Notes: generated from the letters alone by a model not told the origin. Positions 41,574-55,585 are shown, counted from the first letter of the stretch. The stretch: DNA of 64,000 nucleotides from Eledone cirrhosa (GCA_964016885.1 OZ024766.1:6324001-6388000); one strand, 5' to 3'. A program made the numbers and translations.

Positions 41574-41935
41574 AACCTTAAAATTACTATAGATACGAAC
41601 CATACCAATGCTAACTTTCTTGACATTAATCTTGATCTACTTACCGCCTCTTTTAAACCTTATCATAAACCTAACGAGAATCTAAGATATATACACAAAG
41701 AGTCTTGCCACCTCCCTATAGTTTTTAAAAATCTTATTCCCAATATTAACCGTAGGATTTCTACCTTATCTTCGTCTCTAGACATTTTTAACAAAGCCAC
41801 CCCTTATTTTAACAAAGCTGCCCCTTATTATAATAAAGCCCTCATTAACAGTGGCTTTACAGAACATATTAAATATTTACCTATTCCTCCCCCTAAAACT
41901 AATCACAATAGGAAAAGGAAAATTAAAAGCTCCAA
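41574..41935 (+). mobile_element. Penelope-like RT C-terminal fragment
   Basis: Open frame NLKITIDTNHTNANFLDINLDL...FKPYHKPNENLRYIHKESCH...INRRISTLSS...[13 protein letters not shown]...RKRKI. Confidence 0.85.
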
Positions 41936-42421
41936 CTGGATTGATATATATTTATTTATGTAGATATATATTTAGATGTATATATGTATACATATTTATA
42001 TATATATTTATGTATATATATATATATCTTTATATGTTTATATATATATATATTTATATATATATATATATATTTATAGGTATATATATTTATATATATA
42101 TTTATAGGTATACATATTTATATATATATATATTTATTAATATATATATATTTATAGGTATGTATATATATATATACATATATATACATGTGTATATATA
42201 TAAATTTACATACACACATATATGTATATATATAAATAAACAGACACATATATATATATATATATATATAATTATAAACAAATATATATGAAAACACATA
42301 CATATATACACACATATACACATTATAGACATGTATATCTATACATGTATATATATATATATATATACCTATTATAGAGATATACAAATATATAAAATAT
42401 ATTATATAATATATATATTTA

Positions 42422-42467
<46 letters not shown>

Positions 42468-42949
42468 AACACATATATATATATATGTACACAAATATAC
42501 ACACACACACATATATACATATATTAATAAACATACAACAAATGAATGTTTAATATTAGGTAACCCCCCCCCATATATACACATACATATATATATATTT
42601 ACATATATATATATATACACACATATGTATATGTGTGTGTGTGTATATATATATTCACAGTAATATAACTATATATCTATATGTAATCACACAACATTCT
42701 GTCATACGTAACTTCGTTTACATTACATAATTAAGTTATGTAAATTAAGAAGTTTAAACACCAGATGGTGAATTCATTGTCACAGCTTTGACCTCTCACA
42801 TTCTGTGACCTCACCACCAGCACCACCGGTTTCGATGTCCATCTTGTCAAATTCAGTGAAAAAAGTTAATTAAAAGGGGGGTAAAAAAAGTTTTAAAATT
42901 AAAGTAAAAAACGAATGTTTGTGCAAAGTTTCGTCCATCATGAATAATA

Positions 42950-43900
42950 ATAATGAAATTATTGTGTAAAGTGCTCAGGTGCACTACAACTCATCAAAGG
43001 TGTATGTATAGTACATAGAATAATACACAAATGTCAGGGAAGTGAATAGTGTATGAGTCATGATATACATGTGTGTGTATGGAGGGGGAACATTAGCTGT
43101 AGTGTTGGCGGATCTCGGGAAGCATGGGGGCCTTAAAGGATACAGTGTCTCGACAGCTGACAACTGATGCTGGTAGTTTGTTCCATGGGGGTTTTAAAGG
43201 ATGCAGTGTCTCGACAGCTAACAACTGATGCAGGTAGTTTGTTCCATGGAGGTTTTAAAGGATGCAGTGTCTCGACAGCTAACAACTGATGCAGGTAGTT
43301 TGTTCCATGGAGGCCTTAAAGGATGCAGTGTCTCGACAGCTAACAACTGATGCAGGTAGTTTGTTCCATGGAGGTTTTAAAGGATGCAGTGTCTCGACAG
43401 CTAACAACTGATGCAGGTAGTTTGTTCCATGGAGGTTTTAAAGGATGCAGTGTCTCGACAGCTAACAACTGATGCAGGTAGTTTGTTCCATGGAGGCCTT
43501 AAAGGATGCAGTGTCTCGACAGCTAACAACTGATGCAGGTAGTTTGTTCCATGGAGGTTTTAAAGGATGCAGTGTGTCGACAGTTAACAACTGATGCAGG
43601 TAGTTTGTTCCATGGAGGCCTTAAAGGATGCAGTGTCTCGACAGCTAACAACTGATGTAGGTAGTTTGTTCCATGGAGGTTTTAAAGGATGCAGTGTCTC
43701 GACAGCTAACAAGTGATACAGGTAGTTTGTTCCATGCTTCAGCAACTCTGAGCGTGAAAAAATGTTTCCGAAAGTCATGGGAACTGTGCTGTTTTCTGAC
43801 TTTGTGGGCATGTCCACGTGTGTTAGACACATGGAAATCAAAAAGGTACTCAGGGTTGTTGTTGGCAAGATGGTTAACAATTTTGTGAGTTTTTACCAAG
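42950..43900 (-). mobile_element. CR1-type LINE 3' end with 61-bp tandem amplification (about 10 copies)
   Basis: TRGHAHKV...RKHFFTLRVAEAWNKLP, with an (ATT)n tail at about 42945. Repeat unit ggaggttttaaaggatgcagtgtctcgacagctaacaactgatgcaggtagtttgttccat. Confidence 0.85.
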
Positions 43901-44431
43901 TAAATTATGCTTGCTGAACACTATATTTGCAATAATGTCACTTTGATGAATCAAAAAATTAAAACAGACCCGTAAACATTTCTCCCGTGCTATTTCCAAC
44001 ATATTTTCTCTACACCACTGTTTTGTATAGAACCTCACTTCCCTTTTCTAATATATATATATATATATGAAGGACTAGCGTCCGAAACGTTAAGACCCTC
44101 TTCCTGCTATATCAAGCGTTAACCTAATATATACCTTCCATATACTGTACCGATTATTTTGTTATTTCTGTTTACCTTTTATATACAAATATATATATAT
44201 ATATATACACACACACATAAACATAGTTTAGGTATATATATATATACACAAACATAGTTTAGGTGTATATATATATATAGGAAAATGTTCAAGACCCCGA
44301 CGGCAGAGCTCAAGCCGTTTCGACGGCTATTTCTGGACTAAATTAGATTTTTAGCACGGTCCACCTGGTTCCATACCACACTTCCTTCGTAATATATATA
44401 TAATTAGAAACTTGACTGTTACCACTGAATA

Positions 44432-44470
44432 TGAACCTGAAGATTGCGAAAGCATGAAAGTACTTGTTCA
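44432..44470 (+). ncRNA. 39-nt minimal hammerhead fold
   Basis: UGAAC-CUGAAGA-uUGC/GAAA/GCAu-GAAA-GUAC-UU^GUUCA. Confidence 0.8.
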
Positions 44471-44896
44471 ATTAACACTTAACATTCTACCATACTATTT
44501 CCTTATAATATCATTATACATTTTAAAGGATTGTAAATAAAACGAGTAAATCAGACAAAGTTGGAATTCCTTTTATTAATATAATCTTCTATACACAATC
44601 ATACACACCCGTGTATATTTATTTACATATATATACGTTAAGGGTGAAAGCAGCGATTCTTTGCTTAAACTTTAATCTGTTATTTTAATATATATATATA
44701 ACGAAGGAGTTGTGGTAAGGAACCAGATGGACCATAACACACCAGAGTACTCAATACTTAGGGTAGTAGAGTGGGTAATAGGAAAAAGTATGACTCTGAC
44801 TCCGACGGCAGAGCTCAAGCCGTTTCGACGGCTATTTCTGGACTGAAATAGCCGTCGAAACGGCTTGAGCTCTGCCGTCAGGGTCATACTTTTTCC

Positions 44897-44932
<36 letters not shown>

Positions 44933-45499
44933 TACAAATATAGTTTAGGGATATATAAATATATATAATAAGGCAGTTTCGTTTATTATATATATATAAA
45001 ACTCTGGATAAACAAATACTGTTGAGTGCGTGACATGTTATATTAAAGTCAGCTGATTCTAAGTCAACTCTTTTTCATTGAACAATAAATATATATATAT
45101 ATATATACATACATTAGGCTTATATATATTTATTTATTTATTAAAATAACAGATTAAAGTTTAAGCAAAGAATCGCTTCTTTCACGGGATCTTCTGAGAT
45201 ATATATATATAGAGAGAGAGAGAGAGGGAAAAGTATGACTCCGACGGCAGAGCTCAAGCCGTTTCGACGGCTATTTCTGGACAGAAATAGCGGTCGAGAC
45301 GGCTTGAGCTCTGCCGTCGGGGTCATACTTTATCCTATTTCCCACTCTACTACCCTAAGTATTGAGTACTCTGGTGCGTTATGGTCCATCTGGTTCCTTA
45401 CCACAATTCCTTTGTTATATATATATATATATATATATATATACGAGTGAGCCCAGGATAAACATATATAGAAATAGAACTAGATATATATATATATAT

Positions 45500-45760
45500 C
45501 TAGTTCTATTTCTTTTTCGGCTTTTGGAATTATTGTAATGTTTTCTATTATAGTTGTTAAAGTTGTTACGGTAATTGAAATTGTTATTATTTTGGTTAGT
45601 TTGCTTATTATTATTATTATCGATGTATTTAATTTTATTTCTATATCCATCTCTACCTAACGCATCGTTGTAATACTGCGCTTTTTCATCAAATATATTT
45701 TTATTAGATGAAATTCTTGAAATTCGTTCTTGAACAGAGTTCACCAAAGCTATTTGTAAA
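45500..45760 (-). mobile_element. Penelope-like RT C-terminal fragment
   Basis: LVNSVQERISRISSNKNIFDEKAQYYNDALGRDGY...RKRN, the same region as 41574-41935. Abuts a hammerhead-bearing segment on the opposite strand. Confidence 0.8.
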
Positions 45761-46152
45761 ACTGTTATATATTGTATTTTGTCTGATGAAGGCACACCAT
45801 AATTTAATTTGGTATCCCTGAAATATGTATAATTAAATAAATATGGTTTTATAAATATAGTTTCCATTTATTTAATATCGTATATCTACTCCAAATACTT
45901 GTCGAGTGCTTTATATCAGTTATAAAAATATTTACTTGTTGTATCCCAACAATTTTAAATAGAACTTTTGCATATATGGTAATATATATATATATACATT
46001 ATATATATATATATATACATACATACATACTTTAGGGATATATATATATATATATATATAATGGTTTGTGCGATTGGAAAGTCGATTAAATCCACCTCTG
46101 TGGATGACAGGTACTTCATTTTATCGACCCCCCGTAATTAATATCGATACAA

Positions 46153-46185
<33 letters not shown>

Positions 46186-46186
46186 A

Positions 46187-46219
<33 letters not shown>

Positions 46220-46997
46220 AACACACACACGTGTGTGTGTTTATACCGTAGAGTTCCTAGTTCAATATATACCGGCAACTGTGTAGAATTTACGGCTTAT
46301 ATAACACACGTGTGTGTGTATTTATATACAGGGTGTGCCCAAAATGTTGCCTGTACGGGTAATCAAAGTATGTATACATTATTTTGGAAGAGGTTGACTT
46401 TGCCTTTCATCCTTACGGGGTCGATAAAATAAAGTACCAGTAATGTACTGGGATAATTTGCTGGCCTTGTGCCAAAAGAGGAAGCAATTATTTTGGGACA
46501 GCCTATATATATGTGTATTGGTGTATAGAGAGAGAAAGATAGATCATTACATAATACACACACACATATATATATATACACACACACATATATATATATA
46601 CATACATACAGAGAGTGTATATATAAATAAACAACTCACCCAAATCCGAAGTCGCAAGGTACTTAAAAAAAAAACAACAAGACTTCGAAACTAAAGAACC
46701 TAGCTCTGTATCTCCTTTACGTATATTTTATATATATTATAATAGTAGAATATTATATACACATATAGGTGTATATATGTATGTATATATAAAATTATAT
46801 GTATATATAAATATTTATATGTATGTATATATATATGTGTGTATATATAATCGAGGTATATAATGAATTCAAACAACCTTGACGACCGCTGCGAAAGTAA
46901 ATAGTCTGGCTCTGTTTGGTTATCTAATTGTATTGAGAGAGATATGTATGTATAGAGAGATACAGCAAGCACTGACTTGCCTTAGTGTGTGTGTATA

Positions 46998-47046
<49 letters not shown>

Positions 47047-47059
47047 GTCCTGCTCTTTC

Positions 47060-47105
<46 letters not shown>

Positions 47106-47281
47106 TATATACATACATATATATTGGGTCGTCAAGTATGAAATTTGTACAAGTTTGTGCTTTTTTAAACAGTTTCTACAAATTTCATACTTGAGGATTG
47201 ATACATTTATGATTATGTAAGCTAGTGTATGTATGTATATATATATATACACACACGTCGTGCTCTTTCTGTGTGTGTGTG

Positions 47282-47361
<80 letters not shown>

Positions 47362-47492
47362 TATATATACATACATACATATATATTGGGTCGTCAAGTA
47401 TGAAATTTGTACAAGTTTGTGCTTTTTTTAAACAGTTTCTACAAATTTCATACTTGACGATTGATACATTTATGATTATGTAAGCTAGTATT

Positions 47493-47539
<47 letters not shown>

Positions 47540-48290
47540 GTCTTGCTCTTTCTCTCTTAATATATATTTGTGCATATATAATTATGTAAGCGTGCATATA
47601 TATATATATATATGCATACGTATATTAACATCGTTGTATATATAGCTATAGATATTTATGTATATTTATGTGTGTTTAAATAATGATTTCTGCAAAACGA
47701 ATCAATTATTAAAAGAATATACAAATTGTTGAGCACCCTCCCACTACCACATACACACCTTCGCCGCCACCACCACTTCCCCACCACCATATCCATTTCT
47801 TGTTTCTCTCTCTCTCTCTCTGTATATATATATATATTTGTTTCTACTTTAGCAATTACCAGCAATTAGCCAGTTCATTACTGGTACTTTATTTTATCGA
47901 CCCCGTATGTGGATTGGCAGTATCGGTAGAGGGTCGGACGCCATGCTTTCCAGCATAGAGTTACGTCCCTTTAGGATCTGAGTTCAAATCCCACCGAGGT
48001 TGACTTTGCCTTTCATCCTTACGGGGTCGATAAAATAAAGTACCAGTAATAAACTGTGGTAATTGCTGGCCTTGTGCCTAAAGTATAAACAATTATTTAT
48101 ATTAATGATACTCCGGATAAAAATTACCATTGAGTGCTTCTAATCTGTTGTAAATTAACTTTGTTGAATAATCAACAAACGAAATAACTCATTGTTTATA
48201 ATATATATAATATATATATATATATATTGTTATACTTTGGGAGGGTCATGTTGCCAATAAGAAACACAACCAGGCGATTGTTCATATATT

Positions 48291-48331
48291 GTCAAAGTTC
48301 TTTCGTCACACATTGTGACCTCTTCAGTGAC
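48291..48331 (-). ncRNA. Minimal hammerhead fold
   Basis: GUCA-CUGAAGA-gGUCACA/AUG/UGUGAC-GAAA-GAAC-UU^UGAC. Confidence 0.7.
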
Positions 48332-48614
48332 TGGGGATTCTTTTCTTTGTTTTTGTGCCTCTCCTTTGTTCTGTCCTACGCCATCTTACAAGATGGCGTA
48401 GGACAGATATATTACAATATATATATATAATATATATATATAATCATATCATATCATATCACCATCATCGTTTAACGTCTATCTTCCACGCTAGCATGGG
48501 TTGGACAGGAATTGTCCCACTTGAGGCAAGATTGGGCGGGTGACCTTGTCTCGCTCGTGTAGGACTGTCTGGCAGGTTTTCTACGGTTGGATGCCCTTCC
48601 TAACACCAACCACA

Positions 48615-50362
48615 TTTACAGTGTGGACTGGGTGCTTATTGTTGTGACACCTACATGACCACTTTACAGTGTAGACTGGGTACTTTTTGTTGTGACACTT
48701 ATATGACCACTTTACAGTGTGGACTGGGTGTTTTTTTGTCGTGACACCTACATGACCACTTTACAGTGTGGACTGGGTGCTTTTTGTTGTGACACCTACA
48801 TGACCACTTTACAGTGTGGACTGGGTATATTTTGTCATGACACCTACACGACCACTTTACAGTGTGGACTGGGTGTCTTTTGTTATGACACCTACATGAC
48901 CACTTTACATTGTGGACTGGGTGTCTTTTGTTATGACACCTACATGACCACTTTACAGTGTGGACTGGGTGTCTTTTGTTATGACACCTACATGACCACT
49001 TTACAGTGTGGACTGGGTGTCTTTTGTTATGACACCTACATGACCACTTTACAGTGTGGACTGGGTGCTTTTTGTTGTGACACCTACATGACCACTTTAC
49101 AGTGTGGACTGGGTGTCTTTTGTTATGACACCTACATGACCACTTTACATTGTGGACTGGGTGTCTTTTGTTATGACACCTACATGACCACTTTACAGTG
49201 TGGACTGGGTGTCTTTTGTTATGACACCTACATGACCACTTTACAGTGTGGACTGGGTGTCTTTTGTTATGACACCTACATGACCACTTTACAGTGTGGA
49301 CTGGGTGCTTTTTGTTGTGACACCTACATGACCACTTTACAGTGTGGACTGGGTGTCTTTTGTTATGACACCTACATGACCACTTTACATTGTGGACTGG
49401 GTGTCTTTTGTTATGACACCTACATGACCACTTTACAGTGTGGACTGGGTGTCTTTTGTTATGACACCTACATGACCACTTTACAGTGTGGACTGGGTGT
49501 CTTTTGTTATGACACCTACATGACCACTTTACAGTGTGGACTGGGTGCTTTTTGTTGTGACACTTATATGACCACTTTACAGTGTGGACTGGGTGTTTTT
49601 TTGTCGTGACACCTACATGACCACTTTACAGTGTGGACTGGGTGCTTTTTGTTGTGACACCTACATGACCACTTTACAGTGTGGACTGGGTATATTTTGT
49701 CATGACACCTACACGACCACTTTACAGTGTGGACTGGGTGTCTTTTGTTATGACACCTACATGACCACTTTACAGTGTGGACTGGGTGTCTTTTGTTATG
49801 ACACCTACATGACCACTTTACAGTGTGGACTGGGTGCTTTTTGTTGTGACACCTACATGACCACTTTACAGTGTGGACTGGGTGTCTTTTGTTATGACAC
49901 CTACATGACCACTTTACATTGTGGACTGGGTGTCTTTTGTTATGACACCTACATGACCACTTTACATTGTGGACTGGGTGTCTTTTGTTATGACACCTAC
50001 ATGACCACTTTACAGTGTGGACTGGGTGTCTTTTGTTATGACACCTACATGACCACTTTACGGTGTGGACTGGGTGTCTTTTGTTATGACACCTACATGA
50101 CCACTTTACAGTGTGGACTGGGTGCTTTTTGTTGTGACACCTACATGACCACTTTACAGTGTGGACTGGGTGTCTTTTGTTATGACACCTACATGACCAC
50201 TTTACAGTGTGGACTGGGTGCTTTTTGTTGTGACACCTACATGACCACTTTACAGTGTGGACTGGGTGCTTTTTGTCGTGACACCTACATGACCACTTTA
50301 CAGTGTGGACTGGGTGTCTTTTGTCATGACACCTACATGACCACTTTACAGTGTGGACCGGG
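48615..50362. repeat. 48-bp minisatellite (about 36 copies), same unit family as 25790-27215
   Basis: ttacagtgtggactgggtgtcttttgttatgacacctacatgaccact. Confidence 0.97.
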
Positions 50363-50801
50363 AGCTTTTTGCTCGGGTTTTGGCCTGGGTCTCTTGCCAC
50401 CCCACCCTACACCGCCAGCTCACACCACACACCACCCTACCCCAAACCACAACAACCACTTTAATCCAGTAAATACTAAGTTTTAGTAATTACACAAACG
50501 AAAATAAAGAAAAAACACATCTTAATTATGGGGACTAATTATTTACATAATTAATTCGTAGATTATAATTTGTAAGAATAATTATGTTTATAATGTGACT
50601 GGGGTGGTGGTTAGGGGTAGTGTGGTGGTGGAGGCGTATATATATATATATATATATATATATAGGTATATATATATGTATATTCATATATGTATATATA
50701 TATAAGTATATTTAATTATGTAATAAACAACATTAGACAATTATTCCATTTACCAAAGGTTTCACGAAGACAGGCGAGCTTGATGTACATATACGTATAC
50801 C

Positions 50802-50949
50802 CAGTGGCGGACTGGCCAGGTTGCCAGCTTGCCCAATGGCAAGAGGGTCCCAGGGGTCCCACGGTAGCATTGCATGGCCCACTGTAGTATTTTAGGGGCC
50901 AATGCTTTGCTTTCCCAAAAATATCTGAAATGTAAGAGGAAAAATAACA

Positions 50950-50985
<36 letters not shown>

Positions 50986-51927
50986 AATAATTAAGCAAAG
51001 CATTTGGTCAACCAATTCCCCAGGAAATTACTAGAAATCGACCTTAAGTAGGAGCAATAACATTAAGAAAAGCATGAACGACACCACAACACTTTGTTTT
51101 GAAAATCTTCAAAGTAGGTTTATAAGTATGAATTTTCATAAGATTTTCGTAGTTGTCTCTGTGGCCAAGTGGTAGGTACTAGAGACGGTGGAGCTCCTGG
51201 TCTTGGGTTCAATCCTGGTCAAGAGGGACATGTAACCTTTTTCAGTTTTTATTTTACAACCAATAGAAAAAAACTGAAAAGGTTTACCGGGAACCCTACC
51301 CCCGACCAGGAACCCTACTCCCGAGCAGGATCGAACCTCAGACCTGGATCACCACTGTCTATGATTCCTCCAACTCAGCCACCGAGACATCTACAGAAGT
51401 ATAATGAAAATTGATAATTATAAACCTACTTTCGAAATCAAAGTTAAAAAGATGTGGTGGCGTTCATGGCTTTCCTAGAGCTATTAGTAATATTTAGGGT
51501 CGACTTCTGGTCATTATTGAAAGCGGTGGATTGGCAGTATCGGTAGAGGGTCGGACGCCATGCTTTCCAGCATAGTTACGTCCCTTTACGATCTGAGTTC
51601 AAATCCCGTTGAGGTTAACTTTGCCTTTCATCCTTACGGGGTCGATAAAATAAAGTACCAGTAATGCACTGGGTAATTTGCTGGCCTTGTGCCTAAAGTA
51701 GAAACAATTATTGAAAGTCTCTGGATTTCGCAAAATACATAATATTTTTTATTGGAGAATGTAAGATATTTCTCTGCAAAAATCTCATTGCACTGCTTTG
51801 TTTCCACTTGTGTAGCTTTCGAAAATGTTTATCTATTCATTATAAAAATTAAATGATAGCATTCTATATGTAGGTGGGCCCCCTTCAACTCCTGGCAACC
51901 AAAATGTTTAGACCTAGTCTGCCACTG
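50802..51927. mobile_element. Non-autonomous DNA transposon (hAT-like termini) with internal inverted tRNA-like heads and a SINE insertion
   Basis: Termini CAGTGGCGGACTGG ... CTAGTCTGCCACTG. The target-site duplication is not clearly preserved. Confidence 0.7.
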
Positions 51928-51964
51928 AGTGTATATATATGTGTGTGTGCGTGTGTATACATAT

Positions 51965-52024
<60 letters not shown>

Positions 52025-52439
52025 CAAAGGAATTGTTGTAAGGAACCAGATGGACCATAACACACCAGAGTACTCAATACTTAGGGTAGTAGAGTGGGAA
52101 ATAGGAAAAAGTATGCGCCCGACGGATTCCAGAAGTAGCCGTCGAAACGGCTTGAGCTCTGCCGTCGAGATCATACTTTTTCCTATATATATATAATATA
52201 TATATATATAATATATATATATATTATATATATATATATATTATATATAATATATATATATATTATATATAATATATACATATATATATATATAAGTTTA
52301 TCCCGGGTTCAATCGGGGGTAACCACAGTAAGTAAGGAACTCAATACAATGCAGAGTATATATATTTAATATAGAAAAGGCTTCTACGGGACTAGAACTG
52401 TTTCATTCGGGAGAAATCATCAGTAAGTATATATATACA

Positions 52440-52782
52440 TGGACACACTAGAAGAGGAAGACCAAGGTTAACGTATGTTGATGCCCTAAGGACAGACATT
52501 GGTCTGTTGGAGACGCAGGACATGGCAGCGATAATGAGGGACAGAGACCGCTGGAGAGAACTCGTCCATGGATCTCGGGAATTTTACCCGCCCTAGACAT
52601 ATATATATATATATATATAGACACACTAGAAGAGGAAGACCAAGGTTAACGTATGTTGATGCCCTAAGGACAGACACTGGTCTGTTGGAGACGCAGGACA
52701 TGGCAGCGATAATGAGGGACAGAGACCGCTGGAGAGAACTCGTCCATGGATCTCGGGAATTTTACCCGCCTTAGAATAGAAT
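52440..52782 (+). mobile_element. Two tandem copies of an RTE-like LINE 3' end
   Basis: RRGRPRLTYVDALRTDTGL...MRDRDRWRELV occurs twice. A shorter copy lies at about 37452-37500. Confidence 0.8.
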
Positions 52783-53312
52783 ATATATATATGCGCTCAT
52801 ATATTCACCCAGCTTATGCTGACAGAATAACTATGTAGCTTGTGCCTCTTCCTATCTACGGTTAGCTTTCCTCTTTGTTGTTACTTGTCTCACTCGCTTT
52901 ACACGTTTTAATTGTCCTAATAACTTAATTTAGTTATTATTGCACCAACGTGAGGTATATGATTTTTAATGCAATGAAATATCTATGATCGTTGGCAAAT
53001 CACTGATGAGGGACTCATTTTATAACATGTTATCCATGTGCAACCTGCAGTATTCTTCTCCCCATTTTTTCACATATATATATATATACACACACGCATG
53101 TATGTATATATCAATAGCTATATTCCCTAGTTACCTCCCTTGCCTCACTATATATCTACACAGCACAAGCTGACCCAGACATATGCAGTTAATCGATAGC
53201 AGAGTCCCACGGTTGGATTCAATATTATACAGTCGACATTTTAGTATTCTCACCCACGTGTATGTCCCCAGAGGGCTCTATAAGTTAAATACACCCACAG
53301 ATATACACACAT

Positions 53313-53655
53313 ACAGTGTAATTCCGATTATTCGCGGAATTTTCCTTAGACCCTAACTAATAATTTTTCGTGGAAACCAACGCATATTCGCGGAATCGTA
53401 AATATCTTTCGCGATTTTTTTTAATGAATTTTTTCGTGGCAATATATATATTTTTTATCGCTAAATTATTAATAACAATATACCGTATTTTCCGGCCTAT
53501 TGGACGCCCATTCGCATAAGACGCTCCGTCATTTTCTTTTTATTATATTTTACGTTATATTTTGATGTTTAAAGGCATTTTTATGGACCACGTTCGATAT
53601 TCGCGGTTTTTCACTCTTCGTTGGCGCTGTAGAAACGTAAACCCCGCGAACACCA
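53313..53655. mobile_element. pogo/Tigger-like DNA transposon end fragments
   Basis: TACAGTGTAATTCCGATTATTCGCG and TACCGTATTTTCCGGCCTATTGGACGC terminal motifs. Confidence 0.5.
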
Positions 53656-53722
53656 GTGTGTGTGTGTGTATAGATATAAATATGTGTGTGTGTATATATA
53701 TATATATATGTGTGTGTATATA

Positions 53723-53780
<58 letters not shown>

Positions 53781-53986
53781 AACGAGTAGGACCCCGACGG
53801 CTGAGTTCAAGCCGTTTCGACGGTTAATTCTCGACGAGTCCAGACTAGTCCAGAATTAGCCGTCGAAACGGCTTGAGCTCAGCCGTCGGGGTCCTACTTG
53901 TTCCTATTACCCACTCTACTACCCTAAGTATTGAGTACTTTGGTGCGTTATGGTCCACCTGGTTCCTTACCACATTTCCTTCGTTA

Positions 53987-54018
<32 letters not shown>

Positions 54019-54019
54019 C

Positions 54020-54070
<51 letters not shown>

Positions 54071-54182
54071 TGTGTGTAAATGAAGTAATTCCGTCAGGAA
54101 AGGTCCAGGAAAAAAGAGTGCTCTATGTAGGTTACAGAGCTTAATAGTTATGTAATAAACAACATAAGGTAATTATTTCATT

Positions 54183-54240
<58 letters not shown>

Positions 54241-54244
54241 CACT

Positions 54245-54362
<118 letters not shown>

Positions 54363-54464
54363 CACATATATATATATATATACACATATATATATATATA
54401 TATACACATATATATATATATACACATATATATATATATATACACATATATATATATATACACA

Positions 54465-54536
<72 letters not shown>

Positions 54537-54691
54537 CACATATATATATATATATACACATATATATATATATATACACATATATATATATATATACACA
54601 TATATATATATATATACACATATATATATATATATACACATATATATATATATATATACACATATATATATACATATATATATATATACAC

Positions 54692-54728
<37 letters not shown>

Positions 54729-54818
54729 CACATATATATATATATATACACATATATATATATATATATACACATATATATATATATATACACATGTATA
54801 TATATATATACACATGTA

Positions 54819-54850
<32 letters not shown>

Positions 54851-54917
54851 CACACATGTATATATATATATATACATATATATATATACACACATATATA
54901 TATATATATATATACAC

Positions 54918-54950
<33 letters not shown>

Positions 54951-54959
54951 TATATACAC

Positions 54960-55026
<67 letters not shown>

Positions 55027-55115
55027 CATCTATATGTCACTCACTTTGTTCCACAAGCACGGATTGTATACGCCAACAGTATGATGGCCTTTATAATCAT
55101 ATACATACATACATT

Positions 55116-55177
<62 letters not shown>

Positions 55178-55261
55178 ATATGTTTATATCAACGATTTTT
55201 CATTGAACTATATATATATATATATATATATTCTCGGTGAATTTATATTTATATATATATA

Positions 55262-55317
<56 letters not shown>

Positions 55318-55397
55318 CGCATGTATGTGTCATATTAACAATTATCATGTCTCCACCCAGAAATGACATTGAAATATAATATAATATATATTTATAT

Positions 55398-55448
<51 letters not shown>

Positions 55449-55543
55449 TATATATATATATATAATTATATATATATATATATAATTATATATATATAAG
55501 TATATATATAATATTTATAAATAGATATATATATATTTATATG

Positions 55544-55585
<42 letters not shown>

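Noticed and set aside
42760-42860. Possible extra coding exon on the minus strand (MDIETGGAGGEV...)
   Set aside because: It is short, stops early, shows no recognisable homology, and the FECH CDS is complete without it.
53000-53030. CTGATGA hammerhead start
   Set aside because: No matching GAAA or stems nearby.
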